A stretch of 64,000 bases of DNA from an uncultured Solirubrobacteraceae bacterium (GTDB lineage Bacteria; Actinomycetota; Thermoleophilia; Solirubrobacterales; Solirubrobacteraceae). Of this stretch, positions 40,794 through 49,152 are shown piece after piece (the first letter of the stretch is position 1; each line of letters begins with the position of its first letter). The stretch covers positions 3,078 to 67,077 of the forward strand of contig CAVRTQ010000001.1 of NCBI GenBank assembly GCA_963724195.1, given 5' to 3'. A program made the position numbers and the translations under genes. The notes under the pieces are model-generated. The model was not told the DNA's origin. It made no database searches and saw only the letters and a list, made by a program, of their open reading frames with translations.

Positions 40794-42103
40794 CCGGGGT
40801 CGACTCGGGCGACACCGCCTGGATGCTGGCGGCGACGGCGCTCGTCCTGCTCATGACGCCCGCGCTCGGCCTCTTCTACGCCGGGCTCGTGCGCTCCAAG
40901 AACACGCTGAACACGTTCATGATGTGCGTCGCCGCGCTCGCGATCGCCACGATCACGTGGGCGCTGGTCGGCTACTCGATCGCGTTCGCGCCCGGCAACG
41001 CCATCGTCGGCGGCCTCGACCACGTCGGGCTCTCCGGCGTCGCCTTCGAGCCGCGCGAGGGGCAGACGATCCCGCACCTGCTGTTCATGGCCTTCCAGGC
41101 CACGTTCTGCATCATCACCACCGCGCTGGTGGCGGGCGCGGTGGTGGAGCGGATGCGCTTCGGCGCGTTCCTGGTGTTCGCCGCGCTGTGGTCGGTGCTC
41201 GTCTACGCCGTGCTCGCGCACTGGGCGTGGGGCGGCGGCTGGCTGCAGGAACTGGGCGCGCTGGACTACGCGGGCGGCATCCCGGTGGAGATGGGCTCGG
41301 GCTTCAGCGCCCTGGCCGCGGCGATCGTGGTCGGCGCCCGCAAGGATCACGGCCGCCTGGCGATGCTCCCGCACAACTCGGTCTACGTGCTGCTCGGCGC
41401 CGGCCTGCTGTGGTTCGGCTGGTTCGGCTTCAACGGCGGCAGCGGCCTCGGGGCGAACGAGTCCAGCGTGCTCGCCTTCGTCAACACCGTGCTCACGCCG
41501 GCGTGCGCGCTGGCCGCGTGGTTCGTGCTCGACCTCATCCGGTCGCGCCAGGTGACGGCGATCGGCGCGGCGACGGCGATCGTCGTCGGCTGCGTCGGCA
41601 TCACGCCCGCCGCCGGCTTCATCAGCCCGATCTGGGCGATGGTCCTCGGCGTCGTGGCCGCGGTCCCGAGCTACTTCGTGATCATGTGGCGCCCGCGCTG
41701 GCGCGTGGACGAGACGCTCGACGTGCTCGCCGCCCACGGCGTGGCCGGCCTCACGGGCATCGTCTTCATCGGCCTCGTCGCCCAGGCGGGCTGGAACGGC
41801 GGGCTCGGCGACGGCGCGTTCTACGGCGACGTCGCCCAGCTCGGCAAGCAGCTCGTGGCCGTGCTCGCCGCGACCACGTACGCGTTCGGCGCGACGTTCG
41901 TCCTGCTCAAGCTGATCGGGCTCGTCATGCCGCTGCGCGCGACCGCGAGCGAGGAGGCGATCGGCATGGACCTCATCGCCCACGGCGAGGAGGCCTACGC
42001 CACCGGGGACGGCGCGATCCTCGTCGCGCTCGGCGACAAGCCGGTCCGCGGCTCAGCGCTGGAGGTGGGCTCGGACCGCGAGCACACGCCGGTGCGTGTG
42101 TGA
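40790..42103 (+). CDS. amtB: Ammonium transporter
   Basis: DTAWML, FQATF, HWAWGGG, DYAGG, WFGWFGFNGGS, AHGVAG. Confidence 0.95.
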   Translation: MTGVDSGDTAWMLAATALVLLMTPALGLFYAGLVRSKNTLNTFMMCVAALAIATITWALVGYSIAFAPGNAIVGGLDHVGLSGVAFEPREGQTIPHLLFMAFQATFCIITTALVAGAVVERMRFGAFLVFAALWSVLVYAVLAHWAWGGGWLQELGALDYAGGIPVEMGSGFSALAAAIVVGARKDHGRLAMLPHNSVYVLLGAGLLWFGWFGFNGGSGLGANESSVLAFVNTVLTPACALAAWFVLDLIRSRQVTAIGAATAIVVGCVGITPAAGFISPIWAMVLGVVAAVPSYFVIMWRPRWRVDETLDVLAAHGVAGLTGIVFIGLVAQAGWNGGLGDGAFYGDVAQLGKQLVAVLAATTYAFGATFVLLKLIGLVMPLRATASEEAIGMDLIAHGEEAYATGDGAILVALGDKPVRGSALEVGSDREHTPVRV

Positions 42104-42739
42104 GGACGGCGGGAGCCGGAGCTTGTCGAAGATCGACGTGACGTGACGCTCGACCGCGCGCTCGGACAGGTAGGCCTGCTGGGCGATCGCGCGGTTGCTG
42201 CGGCCCTGGGCCATCAGGCCGAGGACCTCGCGCTCGCGCTCGGTGAACGCGTCGCGGGCCGTGCGGCGGCCGAGCACCGAGGAGACGACGGCGGGGTCGA
42301 GGACTGAGCCGCCCGCGGCGACCTCGCGCACGGCGGCGATGAAGCGGTCGACGTCGGGGATGCGCTCCTCGAGCAGGTAGCCGGCGCCGGCCGGGCGGTC
42401 GTCGAGGAGGTCGAGCGCGACGTCGGGGTCGGCGGCGGCCGCCAGGACGAGCGTCGGCAGGTCCTCGCGGGCAGGGAGCTCCCGCAGCGCGACCACGGCC
42501 ATGTCCGGGCGGTGCGCACGGGCCTTGCGCTGGAGCTCCGCGCCGTCGGCCGCCTGCGCGACGACGGTGATCCCGTGGTCTTCGAGCAGGGCGGCGAGGC
42601 CGGCGCGCAACAGTGCCGAGTCGGCCGCGACGATGACGTCGAGCGCTCGCCCGGAGGGCTCGCTCCGATGGGAGTCGTCGCCCAGAGGGCTCCGACTCCC
42701 GCCTTGCGGGCGGGTTCCGTGGTGGTGGCGGGGCTGCAT
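42053..42739 (-). CDS. NarL/LuxR response regulator with degenerate receiver
   Basis: TEREREVLGLMAQGRSNRAIA...VERHVTSIFDKL HTH; start uncertain. Confidence 0.85.
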   Translation of the reverse strand: MQPRHHHGTRPQGGSRSPLGDDSHRSEPSGRALDVIVAADSALLRAGLAALLEDHGITVVAQAADGAELQRKARAHRPDMAVVALRELPAREDLPTLVLAAAADPDVALDLLDDRPAGAGYLLEERIPDVDRFIAAVREVAAGGSVLDPAVVSSVLGRRTARDAFTEREREVLGLMAQGRSNRAIAQQAYLSERAVERHVTSIFDKLRLPPSSHTHRRVLAVRAHLQR

Positions 42740-42767
42740 ACCCCTCCAGACGTCGTCTTCGCGTGCG

Positions 42768-43184
42768 CTATTCCCCGGCCTCGAGCGCGCGCTCGAGCGC
42801 GGCGGCGAGCTTCGTGAGCGGCTCCGCCCGCGTGGTCCCGCGGGCCTGCAACGTGGACGTGTGCCGGCGGCCGTCGAGATCGGCGGTCCACACCTCCCGC
42901 GAGGCGTGGATCACGGCGGCGTCCGGGAGGAACTCCGCGGGCGTGTCGAAGAAGCCCGAGGCGGTGATCGCCGCCCGGAGCGCCTCGACGGCGTCCGGCG
43001 GGAGCGTCGTCTCGCGCTGCCAGCTCGGTTCGCGCGTGCCGAACTCCCACTCGCCGCCGGAGATCTCGGCGGTGACGGTCCCGCCGGTCCAGACGCCGCC
43101 GTCGGCGGTGATGCGGTCCACGTAGACGTCGTCGCCGGTCTCCACGCGGCGCTCGAGCAGCAGCGGCTGAGGGGTGTCAGGCAA
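42768..43184 (-). CDS. Hypothetical protein, possibly emfourin/DUF6438-like inhibitor
   Basis: LRAAITASGFFDTP...DGRRHT...PLTKL; 8-bp overlap with upstream protease. Confidence 0.6.
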   Translation of the reverse strand: MPDTPQPLLLERRVETGDDVYVDRITADGGVWTGGTVTAEISGGEWEFGTREPSWQRETTLPPDAVEALRAAITASGFFDTPAEFLPDAAVIHASREVWTADLDGRRHTSTLQARGTTRAEPLTKLAAALERALEAGE

Positions 43185-44634
43185 GAGCGGTCTCCGGCTC
43201 CTTCGCCGCGCCGCCGGGCGTGCCGGGGTCGGCGCCCGGGGTGGGGAAGTCGCCCATGCCGTCCGGCTCCTTGACCGGCTTGGCCGCGCCGTAGTCCCAG
43301 TCGGGCATCCCGCTCACCTGCTTGAGGGCATCGAGGAAGGTCACGTAGTGGTGCGGGCGCACGACGCTGCCCTCGCTCATGATGCTGTCGGACTTGGCGT
43401 GCATCGCGCCGGTGTGGCCGGCGGCCGCCGCGAAGTCCGTGTGCTCGGTCTTCTTGCCGGCCCCGTAGGCGCCACCGCCGGTGTACTCGTCGTCGAGGCC
43501 GAACATGTGCCCCGCCTCGTGCGCGGCGACCGTCTGCGCGTTGCCGTCGCCGACGACGATCGTGCCGGCCTCGCCCTCGCCGTCCTCGACCATGGTCACG
43601 CGCGAGGCGTCGACCTTCCCGCCCTGGTTGAGGTGGTCGACGACCGCGTCGAAGCGGTCCTTGCGCTGCGCGGCGTCCTTGCCCTGGACCTTCACCGTGA
43701 GGTTCGCGGTCTCGATCGTGGCGCCGGGCGCCGCGTTGGGCATCTCCTTCGCGAGCCGCCAGACGGTGCCGACCGAGCGCGGCGTGAGCAGGCCCTTGCC
43801 CGACTGGAAGGAGACCTTGCTCTCCAGCAGCCCGTCCTTGCGCGGGACCACGTCCTCGGACGTGATGTTCATGATGTTGTTGAACGGCGAGCCGGCCGCG
43901 CCGCCCGTGCGGCTGACGTCCGCGCTGCCGCCGACGAAGCCCTTCGCGACCTTGAAGGTGTTGACCAGCATGTGCTGGTCGCCCGCCTTGCCCGCCGCAT
44001 TCGCGACCTTGGCCACCTCCACGTTGATCTTCGTGGTCGCGCCGAGGTCCTCCCAGTAGTTCTTCGTGCAGTGGAACGGGTGCTTCTCGCGCCAGGTGGC
44101 CTCGACCGAGCTCTTGAAGCCGGTGAGCAGGTCGGTCTCGTCCGAGGCGTCCGGCCCGCCGTTGCTGGACCACGTCCACTTGGCGACCTCGGCGGCCCGC
44201 GCGGCCTTCGGCATCCGGTTGATCGCGGCCGCGGCGGCGGCGGTCTGCGCGGACGGCTCGACGGCCTGCGCGCGGCCCGCGGCGCTGAGCGTCATGCCGT
44301 CCTGGAACGCGACGGCGCCCTTGAGCTTGACGTTGAGCTCGCCCTTGGTGGGCTCGTACTCGACGTCGAACCCGCCGTAGTAGTTGGCGGCGTTGTTCGT
44401 GGACGGGTTGTAGGTCTGCGGGCCCTTCTTGCCCGCGGCCACGAACGTGTCGCGCTCCTTGCGCGCGTCGTCGTACTGCTGCTGGATCATGTTGCGGTTG
44501 CGCGCGAGGATCGCTCGCGAGACGGCGGCGTTGCCCACGCCCTGCTGCAGGGCGAGCAGTGGATGCGGCGGTTCGGGCGCGCGCTTCGCCGCGGGTGCGA
44601 CGACTTCGCGTTGGCGTTGGTCGTCGTACTCCAT
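43177..44634 (-). CDS. Zincin metalloprotease-like protein with LQxxxGNxAV N-terminal motif and OmpA-like insert
   Basis: LLALQQGVGNAAVSR; AAHEAGHMFGLDDEY; DSIMS Met-turn-like. Confidence 0.7.
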   Translation of the reverse strand: MEYDDQRQREVVAPAAKRAPEPPHPLLALQQGVGNAAVSRAILARNRNMIQQQYDDARKERDTFVAAGKKGPQTYNPSTNNAANYYGGFDVEYEPTKGELNVKLKGAVAFQDGMTLSAAGRAQAVEPSAQTAAAAAAINRMPKAARAAEVAKWTWSSNGGPDASDETDLLTGFKSSVEATWREKHPFHCTKNYWEDLGATTKINVEVAKVANAAGKAGDQHMLVNTFKVAKGFVGGSADVSRTGGAAGSPFNNIMNITSEDVVPRKDGLLESKVSFQSGKGLLTPRSVGTVWRLAKEMPNAAPGATIETANLTVKVQGKDAAQRKDRFDAVVDHLNQGGKVDASRVTMVEDGEGEAGTIVVGDGNAQTVAAHEAGHMFGLDDEYTGGGAYGAGKKTEHTDFAAAAGHTGAMHAKSDSIMSEGSVVRPHHYVTFLDALKQVSGMPDWDYGAAKPVKEPDGMGDFPTPGADPGTPGGAAKEPETALA

Positions 44635-44692
44635 CAGGCGATCTTCTCCGCAACGGGCGCCTCGCGCAAGGTGCGGCTGCCACACTGCCCAC

Positions 44693-45580
44693 ATGAGCCG
44701 TTCCCTCACCCCCGTCAACCGCGTCGGGGTCGAAGAGCGGGCCGCGGCGCTGGGGCGCCGGTCGATCAAGACGAGCGCGAAGCGCCAGGGAATCCGCCTC
44801 GCCGCCTCGATGATCGACCTGACGACGCTCGAAGGGTCGGATACGCCCGGGAAGGTCCGTCACCTCTGCGCCAAGGCCGTCTGCCCCGACCCTGCGCGGC
44901 CGGAGATCCCGTCCTGCGCCGCCGTGTGCGTGTACCCGTCTTTGGTCGGCGTGGCCGCGGCCGCGCTGGAGGGCTCGGGCGTCGCGGTGGCCTCGGTCGC
45001 GACCGGGTTCCCCGCCGGGCAGACGTCGCTGAAGGTCAAGGTCGACGAGACGCGCGAGGCGGTGGCCGCGGGCGCGACCGAGATCGACATGGTGATCTCG
45101 CGCGACGCGTATCTGCGCGGCGACGACAAGCAGGTCGCGCGCGAGATCGAGGCCGTCAAGGAGGCCTGCGGCGCGGCGCACCTGAAGGTGATCCTGGAGA
45201 CCGCCGAGCTGCCGACCTACGCGCACGTGCGGCACGCGTCCGAGCTCGCGATCGCCGCCGGCGCGGACGTGATCAAGACCTCGACCGGCAAGTCGACTTC
45301 CGGCGCCACGCCGGGCGTCGTGCTGGTGATGCTGGAGGTCGTGCGCGATCACCTCGAGCGCACCGGCCAGGTGATCGGCGTGAAGGCCGCGGGCGGCGTC
45401 TCGACGACGAAGGCCGCGATGCACATGCTCGTGCTCGTCAAGGAGACGCTCGGCGACGACTGGCTCACGCCGGACCGCTTCCGGATCGGCGCCTCGTCGT
45501 TGCTGAACGACCTGTTGTTGCAGTACGCCAAGCTCGACGGCGGCCACTACGGGCGCGCCGAGGACTTCTCGAAGGAGTAG
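44693..45580 (+). CDS. deoC: Deoxyribose-phosphate aldolase
   Basis: IDLTTL, AAVCVYP, EIDMV, LKVILET, IKTSTGK, GVKAAGG, RIGASS. Confidence 0.95.
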   Translation: MSRSLTPVNRVGVEERAAALGRRSIKTSAKRQGIRLAASMIDLTTLEGSDTPGKVRHLCAKAVCPDPARPEIPSCAAVCVYPSLVGVAAAALEGSGVAVASVATGFPAGQTSLKVKVDETREAVAAGATEIDMVISRDAYLRGDDKQVAREIEAVKEACGAAHLKVILETAELPTYAHVRHASELAIAAGADVIKTSTGKSTSGATPGVVLVMLEVVRDHLERTGQVIGVKAAGGVSTTKAAMHMLVLVKETLGDDWLTPDRFRIGASSLLNDLLLQYAKLDGGHYGRAEDFSKE

Positions 45581-45583
45581 ACG

Positions 45584-47041
45584 ATGGCGACCGTAGAACG
45601 CACCGCCCTCAAGTGGGACTACGCGCCGGCGCCTGAGTCCCGCGACGCGGCACCGCTGAAGCCGCGCTACGACCTGTTCATCGGCGGCCAGTTCGTCGCG
45701 CCCACCGACGGCACCGTCGTGGAGACGAAGAACCCCGCCACCGAGGAGACCCTCGCCGAAGTCGCGTTCGCCGGGCCCGGCGACGTGGCCGCCGCGGTCG
45801 AGGCCGCGCGCGGCGCCGCGGCGGGTTGGGCCGCGCTGCCGCCGCTGGAGCGCGGCAAGTACCTGTTCCGGATCGCGCGGCTGCTCCAGGAGCGCTCGCG
45901 CGAGCTGGCGATCGTGGAGACGCTGGACGGCGGCAAGCCGATCCGCGAATCCCGCGACGTGGACGTGCCGCTCGCCGCCGCGCACTTCTTCTCCTACGCG
46001 GGCTGGGCCGACAAGCTCGACTACGCCTTCGCGGGCCGCTCGTTCGCCCCGCGCGGCGTGGTGGGCCAGGTCGTGCCGTGGAACTTCCCGCTGCTGATGG
46101 CGGCGTGGAAGCTCGCGCCCGCGCTGGCGACCGGCAACACGGCGGTGCTCAAGCCGGCGGAGACGACACCGCTCACGGCGCTCATCCTCGCGGAGATCAT
46201 CCAGGAGGCCGGGCTGCCGGACGGCGTCGTGAACATCGTCGCCGGCGATGGCGCCGCGGGCGCGGCGCTGGTGCGGTCCGACGTGGACAAGGTCGCGTTC
46301 ACCGGCTCGACCGCGGTCGGCAAGGAGATCCAGCGGGCGCTGGCCGGGACCGGGAAGGGCCTGACGCTGGAGCTCGGCGGCAAGTCCGCGAACATCGTCT
46401 TCGAGGACGCCGCCCTCGATCAGGCGATCGAAGGCATCATCGAGGGCATCTTCTTCAACCAGGGCCACGTGTGCTGCGCGGGCTCGCGGTTGCTGCTGCA
46501 GGAGAGCGTGGCCGAGGAGGTCGTGCGCAAGCTGTGGGCGCGGATGGAGCGCCTGCGCGTCGGCGATCCGATGGACAAGAACACGGACGTCGGCGCGATC
46601 AACTCCGCGGAGCAGCTCGCTCGCATCACCTCGATGGTCGAGGCCGGGGAGCGCGAGGGCGCGACGCGCCGGTCCGTGTCGTGCGAGCTGCCCGAGCACG
46701 GCTACTGGTTCCCGCCGACGATGTTCCTCGACGTCGCGCCGGCGAACCGGATCGCGGCCGAGGAGATCTTCGGCCCGGTCGTGTCGGTGACGACGTTCCG
46801 GTCGCCGAGTGAAGCCGTCGAGCGCGCGAACAACTCCGCCTACGGGCTCGCCGCGGGCGTGTGGACCGACAACGGCGCGAAGGCCTTCGAGGTCGCCTCC
46901 AAGCTCCGCGCGGGCGTGGTCTGGCAGAACACCTACAACAAGTTCGACCCGACGGCCGCGTTCGGCGGCTACAAGGAGAGCGGGTTCGGCCGCGAGGGCG
47001 GACCCGCCGGGTTGGCGCCGTACGTGAGGTTGGGCGGATGA
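45584..47041 (+). CDS. Aldehyde dehydrogenase
   Basis: PWNFP, FTGST, LELGGKS, GHVCCAGSR, EEIFGPV. Confidence 0.95.
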   Translation: MATVERTALKWDYAPAPESRDAAPLKPRYDLFIGGQFVAPTDGTVVETKNPATEETLAEVAFAGPGDVAAAVEAARGAAAGWAALPPLERGKYLFRIARLLQERSRELAIVETLDGGKPIRESRDVDVPLAAAHFFSYAGWADKLDYAFAGRSFAPRGVVGQVVPWNFPLLMAAWKLAPALATGNTAVLKPAETTPLTALILAEIIQEAGLPDGVVNIVAGDGAAGAALVRSDVDKVAFTGSTAVGKEIQRALAGTGKGLTLELGGKSANIVFEDAALDQAIEGIIEGIFFNQGHVCCAGSRLLLQESVAEEVVRKLWARMERLRVGDPMDKNTDVGAINSAEQLARITSMVEAGEREGATRRSVSCELPEHGYWFPPTMFLDVAPANRIAAEEIFGPVVSVTTFRSPSEAVERANNSAYGLAAGVWTDNGAKAFEVASKLRAGVVWQNTYNKFDPTAAFGGYKESGFGREGGPAGLAPYVRLGG

Positions 47042-47821
47042 GCTCTCCGCGCGGCGGTCGCCAAGACGTACAAGCTCTACCTGGGAGGCGCGTTCGTGCG
47101 TTCGGAGTCCGGCCGGACCGACCCGATCGAGGGCGTGAACGTGCCGCGCGGCTCGCGCAAGGACGTGCGTGACGCCGTCAAGGTCGCACGCGCCGCCGCC
47201 GGCGGATGGGCGAAGAAGACGGCCTACAACCGCGGGCAGGTGCTGTACCGGTTCGCGGAGGCGCTCGAGTCGCGCTCGGACGGGAGCGACGAGTACGGCG
47301 AGGCGATCGACCTGCTCGTCCACTACGCGGGCTGGACGGACAAGCTCGCCGCGGTGATGGGCGGCGTGAACCCGGTCGCGGCGCCGTTCCTGTCGTTCTC
47401 CGCGCCGGAGCCGACGGGTGTGGTCGCGGTGCTCGCGCCGGACTCGCCCGACCTGCTGGGCCTGGTGCGCGAGATCGCCCCGGCCTTGGCCGCGGGCAAC
47501 ACGGTGGTCGCGATCGTCTCGCGGTCCAAGCCGCTGCGCGCGCTGGACCTCGGCGAGGTCGCGGGCGTCTCGGACGTCCCGGGCGGCGTGCTGAACCTGA
47601 TCTCGGGGCGGCTCGATGAGCTGCTCACGCCGCTGTGCGGGCACCGCGACGTCAACGCGATCATCGACGCCACCTACGACGACGACGTCGCCACGACCGT
47701 CGACACGCTGGCCGCGGAGACCGTCAAACGCGTGTCCCGCCCGGCGCCGCACACCGACTCCCTCACCCGCCTCGAGCCCTCGATGGAGCTCAAGACCGCC
47801 TGGCACCCGATCGGCAGTTAA
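47038..47821 (+). CDS. Short aldehyde dehydrogenase-like protein (frameshift near 47055)
   Basis: KTYKLYLGGAFVRSESGR, YNRGQVLYR, ELKTAWHPIG; no catalytic domain. Confidence 0.85.
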
Positions 47822-47837
47822 AGGGGCCAGGCCCCGT

Positions 47838-49151
47838 TTGAGCGGAGCGGGCTCGCGGCGATCCGCCGCGAGCTCGGAGCCTGCCCGGCGCGTTCTCCGC
47901 GGAGGCGCTCGCGGAGGCCGAGCGGCTGCCGCGACGTCGCAGGGCGAGCGGGTCGAGCTCGAGTTCGTCACGATCGACCCGCCGGGCGCGCGCGACCTCG
48001 ACCAGGCGATGCACCTCGCGCGACGCGACGACGGCTTCCGCGTGTCCTACGCGATCGCCGACCCCGGGTCGTTCATCACGCCCGGCGGCGCGCTCGACCG
48101 CGAGGCGCACGCCCGCGGCGCGACGCTCTACCTGCCCGACGGCGAAGATCCCGCTGTATCCGCCGGCGCTCTCGGAGGGCGCGGGCTCCCTGCTCCCCGG
48201 CGAGTGGCGCCCCGCGGTGCTGTGGACGATCGACCTCGACGCGGCCGGCGAGGTGCGTCGCGCGTGGACGTCGCCCGGCGGGTGGTGCGCAGCGTCGCGC
48301 AGCACACCTACGACGACGTCCCGGCCGCCGTCGCCCCGCTGCTGCGCGAGATCGGCGAGCTGCGGCTCGCGGTCGAGCGCGTCCGCGGCGGGGTCCGGCT
48401 CCCGCGGCCCGAGCAGGAGGTCGTGCCCGCCGGGCGACGGCTGGACGCTCGTCTACCGCGTCTACAACGAGTACGAGGAGTACAACGCGCAGATCTCGCT
48501 GCTGTGCGGGATGGCCGCGGCGGCGAAGATGCTGGCGGCGAAGCGTCGGCATCCTGCGCACGCAGCCGGACCCTTCGCCGCGCGCCTTCGAGCGGCTCCG
48601 GCTCACCGCTCACGCGCTGGGCGTGGAGCTGGCCGGCACGACGTCACCTACCCGGAGTTCGTGCGCCTGCTCGACGCGACGGTCCCGGCGCACGCCGGCG
48701 ATCATGCACGAGGCGTCGCGGATCGGCTCCGGTGCGGGCTACACGGCCTTCGACGGCGAGCTGCCCGGAGGTGTCGACCCACTGGGCCGTCGCCGCGCCC
48801 TACGCGCACGCGACGGCGCCGCTGCGGCGGTTGCAGGACCGCTACGTGTCGGACTGCTGCCTCGGCCGGCCCGACCGGGAGGCGTTGCCGGACCTGCCGG
48901 CGACGATGGCGGCCGCCTCGCGCCGCGCGGGCGCCGTGGACCGCGCCGTGGTCGACCTCGTCGAGGCCGTGATCCTGCAGGGCCGCGAGGGCGAGACGTT
49001 CGACGCCGTCGTCATCGACGACGGCGTCATCCAGCTCCGCGAGCCCGCCGTGCGCGCGAAGGTCTCAGGCGCACCCGCGCCGGGTAGCGAGGTGGTCGTG
49101 CGACTCGAGCGCGCCGACCCGGCCACCCGCACCGTGCAGTTCGCCGTCTGA
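47838..49151 (+). CDS. RNB-domain (RNase II/R family) ribonuclease, multiple frameshifts
   Basis: TIDPPGARDLDQA, YAIAD, RGATLYLPD, YNAQISL, HATAPLRRLQDRY; start approximate. Confidence 0.85.
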   Translation: MSGAGSRRSAASSEPARRVLRGGARGGRAAAATSQGERVELEFVTIDPPGARDLDQAMHLARRDDGFRVSYAIADPGSFITPGGALDREAHARGATLYLPDGEDPAVSAGALGGRGLPAPRRVAPRGAVDDRPRRGRRGASRVDVARRVVRSVAQHTYDDVPAAVAPLLREIGELRLAVERVRGGVRLPRPEQEVVPAGRRLDARLPRLQRVRGVQRADLAAVRDGRGGEDAGGEASASCARSRTLRRAPSSGSGSPLTRWAWSWPARRHLPGVRAPARRDGPGARRRSCTRRRGSAPVRATRPSTASCPEVSTHWAVAAPYAHATAPLRRLQDRYVSDCCLGRPDREALPDLPATMAAASRRAGAVDRAVVDLVEAVILQGREGETFDAVVIDDGVIQLREPAVRAKVSGAPAPGSEVVVRLERADPATRTVQFAV

Positions 49152-49152
49152 G

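Noticed and set aside
42911-47971. Very long ORFs such as 1686 aa (-), 1794-5276 (-) and 27741-30230 (+)
   Set aside because: Arg/Ala/Gly-rich shadow frames of real genes in high-GC DNA, without motifs
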